DNA from: Hyphochytrium catenoides | Lineage: Eukaryota > Protista > Hyphochytriomycota | NCBI GenBank assembly: GCA_900088475.1 | Contig: FLMG01000683.1 | Location: 1 to 64,000 of the forward strand | Length of the DNA stretch: 64,000 nt | Direction: 5' to 3' | Translations under genes and position numbers: made by a program | Shown: positions 35,650-45,781 of the stretch, one piece after another | Layout: every line of letters starts with the position of its first letter | How positions within the stretch are numbered: position 1 is the stretch's first letter | The notes under the pieces: model-generated | The model's database searches: none | What the model was told of the DNA's origin: nothing | The model's input: the letters and a program-made list of their open reading frames with translations, nothing else

Positions 35650-37504
35650 ATGTGGCGGACGGTATCCTTCGTGCTGCTCGCTGTGATACTAGCTGTCTCA
35701 GGTAAGAGCGTAGCCTCACAGCTTCTCTTGAGCCTGTCCACTCTGCTAGGGCGACCTGCTGACATTTGCCCCTCCTATTGCAAACTAGGCCCTGGAGCTT
35801 CAGGCTATACCGCCGCATCCTTCTACACCCGCAGAGACTTCATTCCGGTTTCTGAGACCGCTCTGATTCATGTCATAGACGGCCGATGTAAGCGGTGCTT
35901 TGCAACGGACTTCAGTCTATTTGTCGGCTGCTCTTATTCTCTTGTACCCTGATATTCTTGCGCACCCTCATCACGGTTTACTGTTGCTAGTTCTAGAGCC
36001 TTTCTGGTGTCTCAAGAAGTTCCCTATTCTGCAGCAGAACAGTTGTTGTCTCCTTCGTCCTCCTTTCCAAGTTTTCACGGCGATCTCTTTGTCATTGTCT
36101 TTCCCCTTCTATCCTATTCAGCTGTCAAGGACCCCCAGAACACCGACAAAGTCTTGAGGAAGCAGGCAGAGATCCATTCTCTGCTCAGACGTTTTGAGAA
36201 AGAGGAAGAAAAGCTCATAGCTCTCGTACATTTGAGAGAGCGCCTTAAGGATGGGTTCTTCTGGTTCTTTGACCCTGACAAGCAGCTCTCAGTGGAGAGG
36301 ATGCAATTCCAGGTATCTGATTACTCGTGCCGCTCTCTTTCTGGTCAGCTTTCAATCAGTTTCTTGAGTCTCCTTCGCTTTCCGCGGCGCTCATCCGCCT
36401 CAGTCTATAGTCGTTCAAGCTTTTAGAGTGATGTCTCGACGCTCTCCTACCATGTCTTTCTTTTATAAAAGAGATGTCGTCATCCACGGCCTCATGCTCC
36501 CTGCAGTCTTTCTTAAGTTTTCGTCCTTTTGCTCTATTCTCTTGACAAATGCTTATCTTGCGGAGTCAATCGAACTACTCAGGCACTTGCCCTTACACGT
36601 TGGCCTCTAAGTCTAGGGTTAATTCTTTTCCTCACATGGCCGGAACACTAGCAAAACCTTATTCCCCAGCAAAAGCTCTTTTATCTTAATCCCCTGTCCT
36701 GTTCCTCTCTTGCTGTTCCCTGTTTTTGCTTTTATGTTAGGTGAATGCGCAGCATCGGCGTTGCGAGAATGTCCTCGATGACATTCACTTTCATGTTAAG
36801 GAGGTGAAGCCATACATAGGACCGATCTCACAACTCTGCGCGTGGGATCTTTGGTACTCCTTCATCAAGCCTCTGGAGATTGCCTACGAGTTCTTCTTCT
36901 CTCTTCCCTTTGATTACTCTCTTCTTTCCCTCCTTGCCATTGTCCCCTTTCTTCTTTATGGCTCTCTCGTCTTCTGGACCTTTGGGGTGGTCCTGGTCCC
37001 CATCTTGGCCCAGCTCTATCTCCTGTTCTGGCTGGTAAAAGTGCCGGTCATCCTCATTCAGGTGAGAAAAACCATAGCAAACGATGATAACATTACCTTC
37101 AACTTCGTATTTGTGAAGCTCGTTGCACTTCCACATGTGGCTGCACAAGTGTCTGGTCATTGAATCACCCTAGTAGTAGCGCTTTGATTACACTCTGATA
37201 GATAGGTTCTGCCGAGGCCAGAACTCGTTGTCTGGTTAGGTGGATAGGCACGTGGATCCTTGTCCTTCTCTTGTCATCATTCTCGACTTTATTTGACTCT
37301 GCAAGCGTCATGATCTTTGTCTCATCACCATTTGTTCCTCTGCTGTTGGCGACTTACCTATTATTCGCTCGTTGCTAGTACCGGCCAGATCCTACGGAGT
37401 TTACGGCTTTGTATTGCGGCTGTATCGTCCTTTGTGTGGGACTGTGGCAAGGGCTAACAATGCTCTTCAGTCGCCACGGAGCACTAGAAAGTAAAAATCT
37501 ATGA
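35650..37504 (+). CDS. Uncharacterised membrane protein (signal peptide, helical soluble region, 3-4 transmembrane segments); multi-exon
   Basis: MWRTVSFVLLAVILAVS followed by a GTAAG donor; coding exons about 36122-36312, 36741-37061 and 37380-37504 with GT-AG borders and consistent phase; hydrophobic C-terminal half. Confidence 0.7.
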
Positions 37505-37879
37505 GGGCCCGGCATGAGGACATAACATGCTGAAACCCATACCGCCCCCATGGAGAACTGCAGAGTCAACGCTCGTCTTAGGGACCGTACTCTTCAACAT
37601 AGCTCTGTTTCATCTGCGGCCGACGGCCTATCTCTCTCTATCCACAATGCGTAACGTAGTGCCATACTTTTTTATATGAACATTATAGTACATGACCTAC
37701 AAAAGCAAGTGTGACACCTATCTTACATTAAGTAGAGGCTTTCCTTACTGTTGGACTCCCTCTTCGTCTGTTGTCACTCTTCCTCCTATCTTCCAACAAG
37801 CGGCTCTCTGCTTTTGTCTCATTTCTGCCGGTTCCTTAAAGGAGCGCTTCTCTACCTGCTTCTCCTCAGTAGTCTGTGG

Positions 37880-40369
37880 CTAAAAGTAGGAAGACAGACA
37901 GGGAGCGCGAGAGGAGGAGCTTCTGTTTCCTTCCTTGTAAGGTCTCTTTTGCCGCCTTCCCAAGCTAGGGCCTTCGTCCTCAAGCAGACAGGACCCTGGA
38001 GCGGTTATCTTCTTGGAAACATCCGAGTCCTCTGCAAGCCAATCATCTCTATCTTCCGACGCGATACAATGACGGAGGACAAGAGTCCGGATAGAAAAAA
38101 GAAGGCTTTTTCTCAACACACCCAGGGTTTGTGCGTCGCCACTTGCGTTATCGTCAGGGACACAGACTTCCCTCACGATCTCATAGAGTTTTACCAGTTG
38201 CTCCTTGACCGTTCTTCGTATGTTGTCATCCTCGGTGGGTGTATGTTCTGTTCCTCTCAGCGAGGCCGCTTCCTCCTTGATGATGTAGCTATAGACGTGC
38301 TCAGAGTGGCACTCCTCCGCGGTAAAGTTCTTTCCTCCTAGGTAACCGATTTCTCTTAGCATGTCACGGGTAAGGACCACTTCACTGTCTCTCTCCGCCC
38401 TCCGAGAGAGGTAAAGCTCTGCAAGAAATAGCAGAAGGCGGAGCTGGAAGTTCAGCCTCGGGCTCAGGAAAAAGCTCTTCCGAAAAGCAATTTTAGCCAA
38501 TCCACCTAACGAAGGCGTGTGATGGACCCGCTGACCTACCGTTCTCTCCCAAAGAATCTCTATTCGGAGATTGAGTGGATCACCAAGGCTGTTCACGATC
38601 TCTGCCCATGAAAAGTAGTTGGTCCAGGCTGAGCGAATCTCGGCCAACAGAAAAGGAAGAGAATTAATTGGAGCCCGATGTTCTCTCCCTACGCCATCAC
38701 TTTCCCTCTCACTTTGGCTCTTCGAAGAGCAAGAAAAGAAGTCGAGCGGGGTTAAAGGAGAATGAGCTATTATACTCCTTGCTGAAAGCTCTGCCCGCAG
38801 AGAGAACTCTGTCTTTAGAGAGTCATAGAGAAGTGCCCAGTTCCTATTTCCTAGCTTGTTCATAGCTTTCAACACCGATCTCTCGGTTGTAACGCCAAAG
38901 AGGCTGGCCCCAAGATCGTCCGGAGCTACGCCTTGAGCCTGATCCGCCATTTGCCGTAGGGTTCTCCTTAGCCACTCCCATCCACCGCCAAAGGACTCCC
39001 ACTCTCTTTTCCTCTTAAGATCCAAGTAATAGACTTTTGCCAAAAAGTACCAATCCTTCTCGCCCTGAGACGTGGGAAGAGAAAGGGCGGCAATAGAGTC
39101 CGCCGTAAGCCTTCCCCGTCCTGCTTCCCCACGTTCCTGGGTTGTGCACGTGACTTGCTTGACGGATAAAAGGGTAGAGTAGAGCTTGGTCGTGCTGCCT
39201 GAGGACGAGGTTAGGGAGCCCGTAGTAGCTTGGCTTCCTCGTTCTCCACTTTCCTGTAGTCCAGAGGTTCTCGGCAGCTCAAATGCGCACATCTCACAGA
39301 CTTCAGAATCTCTTCTGGCTTGTATGAGGCCACATGCAGGGCAAATACGAGTGCGGGCTCTTCTTCCCGCAGCATCTCCTCCCTGACCCATTTCGTCTCT
39401 TCCTCTTGCCTCATCTCCTCTTTCTTCTGCCGATGCAGTCCTACGCCGATCATCCGAAAGAGAGGAAGCGCCAGCACCGGCGCCATCTTCCGTCTTCTCC
39501 AAGACGTAGCTTCGAATCACGTACTTGTTATCAAGATACTGCGTCGCGCTGGACTTAGCAATAGAAGAGAGCACAGACTCCCAGAGACTACCTCTCTCTG
39601 CTCTCACATAGAGGCGCTTAGAAAGGCAGCGGAAGACCAATATGTCAGGAATAGAGACAAAGAGAAGGATTGCCTCTATCAGCTGGTCAGGAAGGCCTGC
39701 AGTGAAGGAGAAGGAGTCGTCTTGACGAGAGAACGCCCTGTCTCTCTTGGCGAACAGCACCAGTTGTTCACTTCCCTTTTCCGCCTTAACCTCTCCCGTC
39801 TCCTCCCTATTTGCCTCCTCACCTTGACCGGAAGGAATCTCACCCTCCTCTCTGCCCACTGTCATGTCATCCAAGTCACTTAAGTCTTGCAGGTCTTCCT
39901 TCTCCTGCTGAAGCTGTCTCGCCAGCTCATTCTCCTGCGCCTCCTCCCATCGCTCTCTCTCTTCATGGAGAGCAAAGATCTTGGCCCTCACCTTCGGCTC
40001 CTCGAAGTCGCAGACAGCACATGCTGAGGATATGCTATCAAACGCGTTCACAAAGGAACAGCGCTGACATGTCCAGGTTGATAAGGAGGAAGAAGGCTCT
40101 CTTCGACGACGCTTATTTGGCTGTTGTCGTTTCTCCCCCGGACTGATAGAGAAAACTTTGAAGATCCCGGTCTCGGCTTCCTTCTTTAGCCCCTTCTGGG
40201 GCACGGAAGGTAGAGGCGAGAAGGGAAGCAGTGCACCGTGGAAGCGCTGTTCAGAAGCTAAAGTAGAGTCTTCTCGATGGAGCGGCGCGGCTGGGGAGAG
40301 AGAAGAGGACGGAGAGCGGACCGGAAGATGGATCTCAAACCCTGAAGAGAAGAGTCGTTTGGTTCCCAT
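37880..40369 (-). CDS. F-box protein with RanBP2/NZF-type zinc finger(s) and a putative cullin-repeat-like C-terminus; intronless, 829 aa
   Basis: WTCQRCSFVN...CAVC (NZF); ENELARQLQQE (MIU-like); LPDQLIEAILLFVSIPDILVFRCLSKRL...SLW (F-box); CPACGLIQ...CEMC; cullin-like helices in the C-terminal third. Confidence 0.85.
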   Translation of the reverse strand: MGTKRLFSSGFEIHLPVRSPSSSLSPAAPLHREDSTLASEQRFHGALLPFSPLPSVPQKGLKKEAETGIFKVFSISPGEKRQQPNKRRRREPSSSLSTWTCQRCSFVNAFDSISSACAVCDFEEPKVRAKIFALHEERERWEEAQENELARQLQQEKEDLQDLSDLDDMTVGREEGEIPSGQGEEANREETGEVKAEKGSEQLVLFAKRDRAFSRQDDSFSFTAGLPDQLIEAILLFVSIPDILVFRCLSKRLYVRAERGSLWESVLSSIAKSSATQYLDNKYVIRSYVLEKTEDGAGAGASSLSDDRRRTASAEERGDEARGRDEMGQGGDAAGRRARTRICPACGLIQARRDSEVCEMCAFELPRTSGLQESGERGSQATTGSLTSSSGSTTKLYSTLLSVKQVTCTTQERGEAGRGRLTADSIAALSLPTSQGEKDWYFLAKVYYLDLKRKREWESFGGGWEWLRRTLRQMADQAQGVAPDDLGASLFGVTTERSVLKAMNKLGNRNWALLYDSLKTEFSLRAELSARSIIAHSPLTPLDFFSCSSKSQSERESDGVGREHRAPINSLPFLLAEIRSAWTNYFSWAEIVNSLGDPLNLRIEILWERTVGQRVHHTPSLGGLAKIAFRKSFFLSPRLNFQLRLLLFLAELYLSRRAERDSEVVLTRDMLREIGYLGGKNFTAEECHSEHVYSYIIKEEAASLRGTEHTPTEDDNIRRTVKEQLVKLYEIVREVCVPDDNASGDAQTLGVLRKSLLFSIRTLVLRHCIASEDRDDWLAEDSDVSKKITAPGSCLLEDEGPSLGRRQKRPYKEGNRSSSSRAPCLSSYF

Positions 40370-40639
40370 TCTGCCCTTGAAACCTTTCCGCCACCTCTTC
40401 TACGGTCAAGGCAGAAGTCTCGTTTGTCCTTACACCTTCCTTTCAAACCATAGGATAGGCCTATCAAGCCCGTCTCATCGCTAAGGGAGAGGCCAGTGGT
40501 CTCTGCGATCTGTTAGCCAAGTGTTGGGCCAACTCTTCGTGGATGACAGAACGACAATGTGAGACTTCCAGAGCTTTGTAAGAAGATGAAGAGAGAGATC
40601 CTTCATAGCAAAGGACTCAACATGTGAGAGTTGAAGTGT

Positions 40640-40708
40640 GGAAGAGAGAGCAAGAAAGGGAGAGGGAGAGAGGGAGAGAGAGAGAGAGAAAGAAAGAGAA
40701 AGAGAGAG

Positions 40709-40747
<39 letters not shown>

Positions 40748-40748
40748 T
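40640..40748. repeat. (GA)n microsatellite upstream of the F-box gene
   Basis: Visible simple repeat. Confidence 0.85.
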
Positions 40749-41106
40749 CAGAAAGCAAGCTATTGTTTTGGCGTAACACCTTATGATCAAGTCGGAGAGA
40801 ATCGGGAATAAGCTCCATAAGTTAAGTCCGATCGGCGATAGCTCTGAATGGAATAATGAATCCATGTCCAGTGTAAGTAATGTTGGTGTTCTGTGTTTGG
40901 AAGACTCCACAAAGGCGACAGTGAGTGCGGCACTGGATGACAGATCAGATGTGTATCCTGTCATAAGAAGACGGCCACTGCACCCTTCATAAAGCACCAA
41001 GCTTGAGGCTTGAGGCTTGAGGGAGGCAGCACTGGTGCCTTGACAAGGAAGGTCTACCTGCTGCAGTCTCGTAAGGATTCAGTGGGAAGCTGCCGAAGGA
41101 GGAGGT

Positions 41107-41942
41107 ATGGAGACTGGACCGATTGATTTGGAATACTATAGGCAGCTTCAGGTCTTGCCTTCTTGTAGGTAAGATTCAGTCCCTCTTGTTAGCCCACAGC
41201 GATGGTGTCATGGTGCTACCTAGAGACATATTGCCACGTTGGCCTAGGCTCTCTATTTATCTCTGACCAAAAACTTATTCTTTCTGGGCGTTAATACTAG
41301 TACGGACGAAGTGACGCGAGCATACAGGAGGTTAGCTCTGCGGTATCATCCTGATAGGAGGCTGTCAAAAGCCTCAATCGCGGAGGATGACGATGCAGAG
41401 TTTAAAAGAGTTGCAGATGGTGAGTTGTTTAATTTGTAGTGCTTATCTTCTCATTATGCTTACCCTTACCGCCGCAGCGTACAAGGTGCTGTCGGACCCT
41501 GACCTAAGGCGGAGATATGACGCCTATGGTCCATCCCTAGCGGTAAGAGTTGAACTCTGATGCAGAAGCATCTTGTTACAGGGCGCTAGGGAGCTGACGA
41601 TTTGTCCTGATGTCTTCTTCTGCGCGATATGACTGTATGCAGCCCAAGGCAGGTGCTCAGATGAGTCGCACAATGACGCACTTGGTCCCCTTGTGCTCCT
41701 CAGCCCTGATCAGCTTCATCCTAGGAGCTATATCGACGTTGGGGTTCCTCCCTTTCTTCGTGTGTCTCGTGGGTGAGATGGCTGGTCTCCTTATGATGGT
41801 CTTCTTCCTACACAAGAAACGAGTCGGAGGACAAAGTCGACGGGAGCTTTTGACAGTTGGAGGGATGGGGTTGACGGTTGGAAATCTAGCAGGCTGGCTG
41901 CTGAGTGCTACTTCTCTCTTTCTTGTCGGCTTTGTCATTTAG
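41107..41942 (+). CDS. DnaJ (J-domain) protein with C-terminal transmembrane segments; four exons, start uncertain
   Basis: Spliced EYYRQLQV..S|TDEVTRAYRRLALRYHPDR...EFKRVAD|AYKVLSDPDLRRRYDAYG with HPD intact, followed by a hydrophobic final exon. Confidence 0.88.
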
Positions 41943-42734
41943 CACAGTTAGCGGGAGCATCATCCGCTTACATTGAAAGCCGATCTCTTGGGCAGCGGGC
42001 TGAGAAAGAGTGAAAAAAAGGCCGACAATTTTGCATAACGCGACTGAAGAAGGAGAAGAAGCTCGCTCGGCACCCGGCACGTGCCGGCTCATGGCAATCA
42101 TATAATGAGTGGATTCCTTTGTTACACCAGTCATTCAAGAGCAAGTCTGTTAGCGCGAACCTATCGATCGATTTGAGAGGTGCGGCGTATCCTGGTTCTC
42201 GATAAGATGACCGTCTTGGCGGTGGACATGGCTATGCAACCAGGTTGTTATTGGACTAGGATGGAGAAAGCCAAGCAAGAGCCAGCTTGGAGGAGGAGCA
42301 AAGTGTCCTAACCTAACGTCCCTACGTCTTAGATGCTAACTAGGTTAAATCACAAAGTAAACTTCCGACAACGAATAACAGAGTCTACTGCCAGGGTCTA
42401 CTGCCTGCACAGAAGGTGCGATAACTTCTATGGCGACCGGCGGGCTCGCGGGCGACCTGCAGCAGCAGAACACTGAGATGGAAGAGAACCATCATCACCA
42501 AGAGCGCCTGTCTCGCCTCTTCAACTTCAAAGATCCTCGCCGAAATGTCCATACAGAGCATTTCAGCTCTCCCCTCGGACCTCCGAGAGCTACCCCTGGA
42601 GTCATTAGATACTCACCTTCGTCTGTTGGTTGTTCTTGAAGAAGCACGGGAAGAGAAGCGACAGAAAGAAAGGCGATGAAGAAGGGATCCAATCAACAGC
42701 GTCCCACCACCTCTCATCGCCATGCGCAGAGGGA

Positions 42735-42767
<33 letters not shown>

Positions 42768-43273
42768 CAGAGTGAGCAAGAGAGCAGAGACAGGAAGAAT
42801 GGGAGGAGAGGGGAGAGAGCGCAAGAAAGTATGCGAGAGAGGAAGAAGAAAGGGGAGGACGAAGAGAGCAAGATCCGCCACTTGAACATCTTCCTGCCGC
42901 TGTACTTGTGGCCCCAGGGCTTGCCACATGCACGACAGATAGAATATGTACAAGGATCCTCTCGTATATGCTTGGTCTTCTAGCCTTCACTCGTCTGTCA
43001 AGCAGCTTGCTTCCTTATTCACGCCCTTCTAGCTACTATAGTTATATACCTCTCGATTGTTAGAGGTCCATCGGGAGGTTATGCGTGGTCGCCCTTAGCA
43101 GCATTTGGTCCGCGTGGACCTCTATATTTTACTCTGTTTGACCGCTGTGAGGACCCTCTCCTGCCGCTAGGGGTAGTCGCCTAATGATCTTTTAGAGGAT
43201 CGGCACCTACGGCTGCGAGGACTGTCGGGAGAGTGACCTGTTACTGCCATCTGAAGCACACTTCTGGTTCCAC

Positions 43274-44919
43274 ATGGCCAGGCCCCCACAAACGAGCCGA
43301 AGTGCAGCTTTGGATGTCCAATTCGGCCATTCTGAAGTCCATGAGGGGAAAGCTGTGCCGCAGACACGAGAGTCCATCCCGCGCTGCCAAGAAGAGAAGC
43401 GAGGGTATGACCCCCTGTTGGATCCCACCGAAAATGGCCTTGGACTATGGATCCTGACGCTAGTTGAGGGAGAGGCTGGCGCTAGTAAGTGTATGCTTTG
43501 TTAATCTATAGAAGCGTCTCTAAATGCTGTCTACTCTTTGCCACTCCCCAATGGCTTCTTCTTTTTGTTAGGGTCAGCGGCAAAGGAAGCAAACACCACC
43601 TTCGCTGTCCTGCTAGGCCTGGCGGAAGTTGGCCTTTGCTTCCTTCAGTTCCTTCTCTGCCTTTGTGCATCTGTCCTGCTTAGGACGGCCGTGGCCTCAC
43701 TGCTAGCCAGACTTTTACCACCCACATCGGACTTGCAGGCACGGCTTGGCCTTCACTCTGGTCTAGCTGGTAGCTTTCTGGACACGTCCCTCGCCAGTTG
43801 TCTTATCATCTGGAGATACGCGAAATACTTTCATCTGTCTATTCCTCAGCTTCTTCGAAAGTAAGCAAGCCGGCAGCTGTTTCCCTTCTGTCGTAGACGC
43901 TTCTCTAAGAAGTATGCGAACAGCAACATCAATCTAACTTTTGTCTGTCCGCATAGATGGGGTCTACTGGGCTATTTACTGACCCCAATGGCCAAACTTG
44001 TCATCACGTACCACGTCTTAGGGTTTGCAGCAATGTTAGGGATCCAACAGTACGCGGGCGACTGGTTCTTCTCTTTGGAAAACTTCATTGTGAAAGACAG
44101 CAAGCCCGCTGTTTATGATTTTTCTCGAGCATTTGAGATCCTATTCTTTTCTCCAGTGAAGGAGGAGCTGCTCTTCCGGGGCCTCACCTTCCATTTGCTA
44201 TATAACAGGTGCGTAGCGTCTCCGGCTGTCATTATTCTAGCCTGTGCCCATTGATGAGGCCAACAAACCGCTCCTTTCCCTGGGAAGCAGATGGCGATCA
44301 CCCTATCACTGCCTAATCCTCACCAACATCCTCTTTGGAGCCATCCACCTAATCAACTGTCTTAACGAGAGGTACTCCAATCTCTATGTACTGCTTCAGG
44401 TGCGTCCCTTTAGAGGCAAGCATATTGAGAAGTCTTCTCACAGTTCTGTTATATTATAGGTCACAATGGGAGTCCTCATTGGAAGCTTCTATTCTTTGCG
44501 ACTGCTGCTGACTGGCTCATTATGTGAATGCCTCGTTCTGCACATCGTTAACAATGTTTGCTCGAGTGCAATGCCTGTCAGTCTCCTAGCCACCAGAGAC
44601 CTAAGAGATTCCATTATTATGATCCCAAGTGAGTCCACACTCCCATCAACGTCCACTTAAGTGCCCACCACAATCTAACCCTAGCATTCTGCATCTGGTA
44701 GTGATTCAAACGGTTTGCCTATACTTCGCACTCTGTCTAGTGTCAATGCAGTCTTTGCGCAGCATGGAGAAGAGATCTGCAGGCAGCCCAGATGATGCAG
44801 CACACAGTGTCCTCTCAGAAAGCCGTAGCGAAGCTATTCATAGCTCCATAGACGAAGCAGCAGAATCATCAGATATGCTCTCATTTGTCAGGAGAGCGCC
44901 CGGTAATACTTCATCATAA
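43274..44919 (+). CDS. CPBP family (Abi/Rce1, type II CAAX) intramembrane glutamic protease; multi-exon
   Basis: PVKEELLFRG (EExxxR), LFGAIH (FxxxH) and LVLHIVNN (HxxxN), with several hydrophobic helices and short GT-AG introns. Confidence 0.88.
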
Positions 44920-45781
44920 ATACTGATAAAATTCAGAATCTATTGCGCCTGTTTTCCTCCGTCAGTAATAACAAACGTTATGATCAAGAACCTTCATGCA
45001 TCTTACGCCAGTATTAAACTGCAGTCAATACAGCATAGAAACAGAGAATATTGCGCTTGGCTGCAGCCTCTTTCAGAGCTCCGTCATTAGCTTCACCGGT
45101 CTCAAAGTTCCCGAGCTATTGTTGGCAAGCACGTGCATCATAAACCAGATCTCTGAGCTTCTCACCCAGAGCGCTCAATTGACGTATTGCAGTGCCTCGT
45201 CGCAGCTACTTATAACCTCGAAGTAGAAGAGCTTTAGAATCATGGGAGGTTGGGACGCTGTGCCAGGCCTATTTGTAATCTTCGTCGCGCTTAGTGGCAT
45301 GGGCGCTGGCCAAATCCTCATAAACAAGACGTTCCGACCAAATCAGGTATAGCTTGGCTCCTTGACTCCTCTCCTGAAAATCTATCTGAAAATCTATCTC
45401 TATTGATCTGCCCGATTGGGTCAGAGAGCTTCAATCTGCTTGTGCAGACTCTTTGACCTATCTCCCTCTTACCATGACCAACTATATATTCATTAATTTT
45501 ACCCTTCACTTCTTACTCTGAAAGGTGAAATTCAGCAACATCGACGCTTTTGAGTTCGCCATGATTCAGAGGGACGAGCGGATCCATGAAGAGCGGGCAA
45601 AAAGGCAAAAGCAGCAGCAGAAGTAAACAAGCTGTACCATCAAGTCAACCCCACATTATCTCCCTTACTGAAGAGCTCGAGAAGGGCATGGCGGCCAGGA
45701 AGGACCTTTAGCTTTCCGGCAATGTGTACTGATACATTCGTTCGAACTGTAACAAGTCAGGACTGTTGACAGAAGGTGAAC

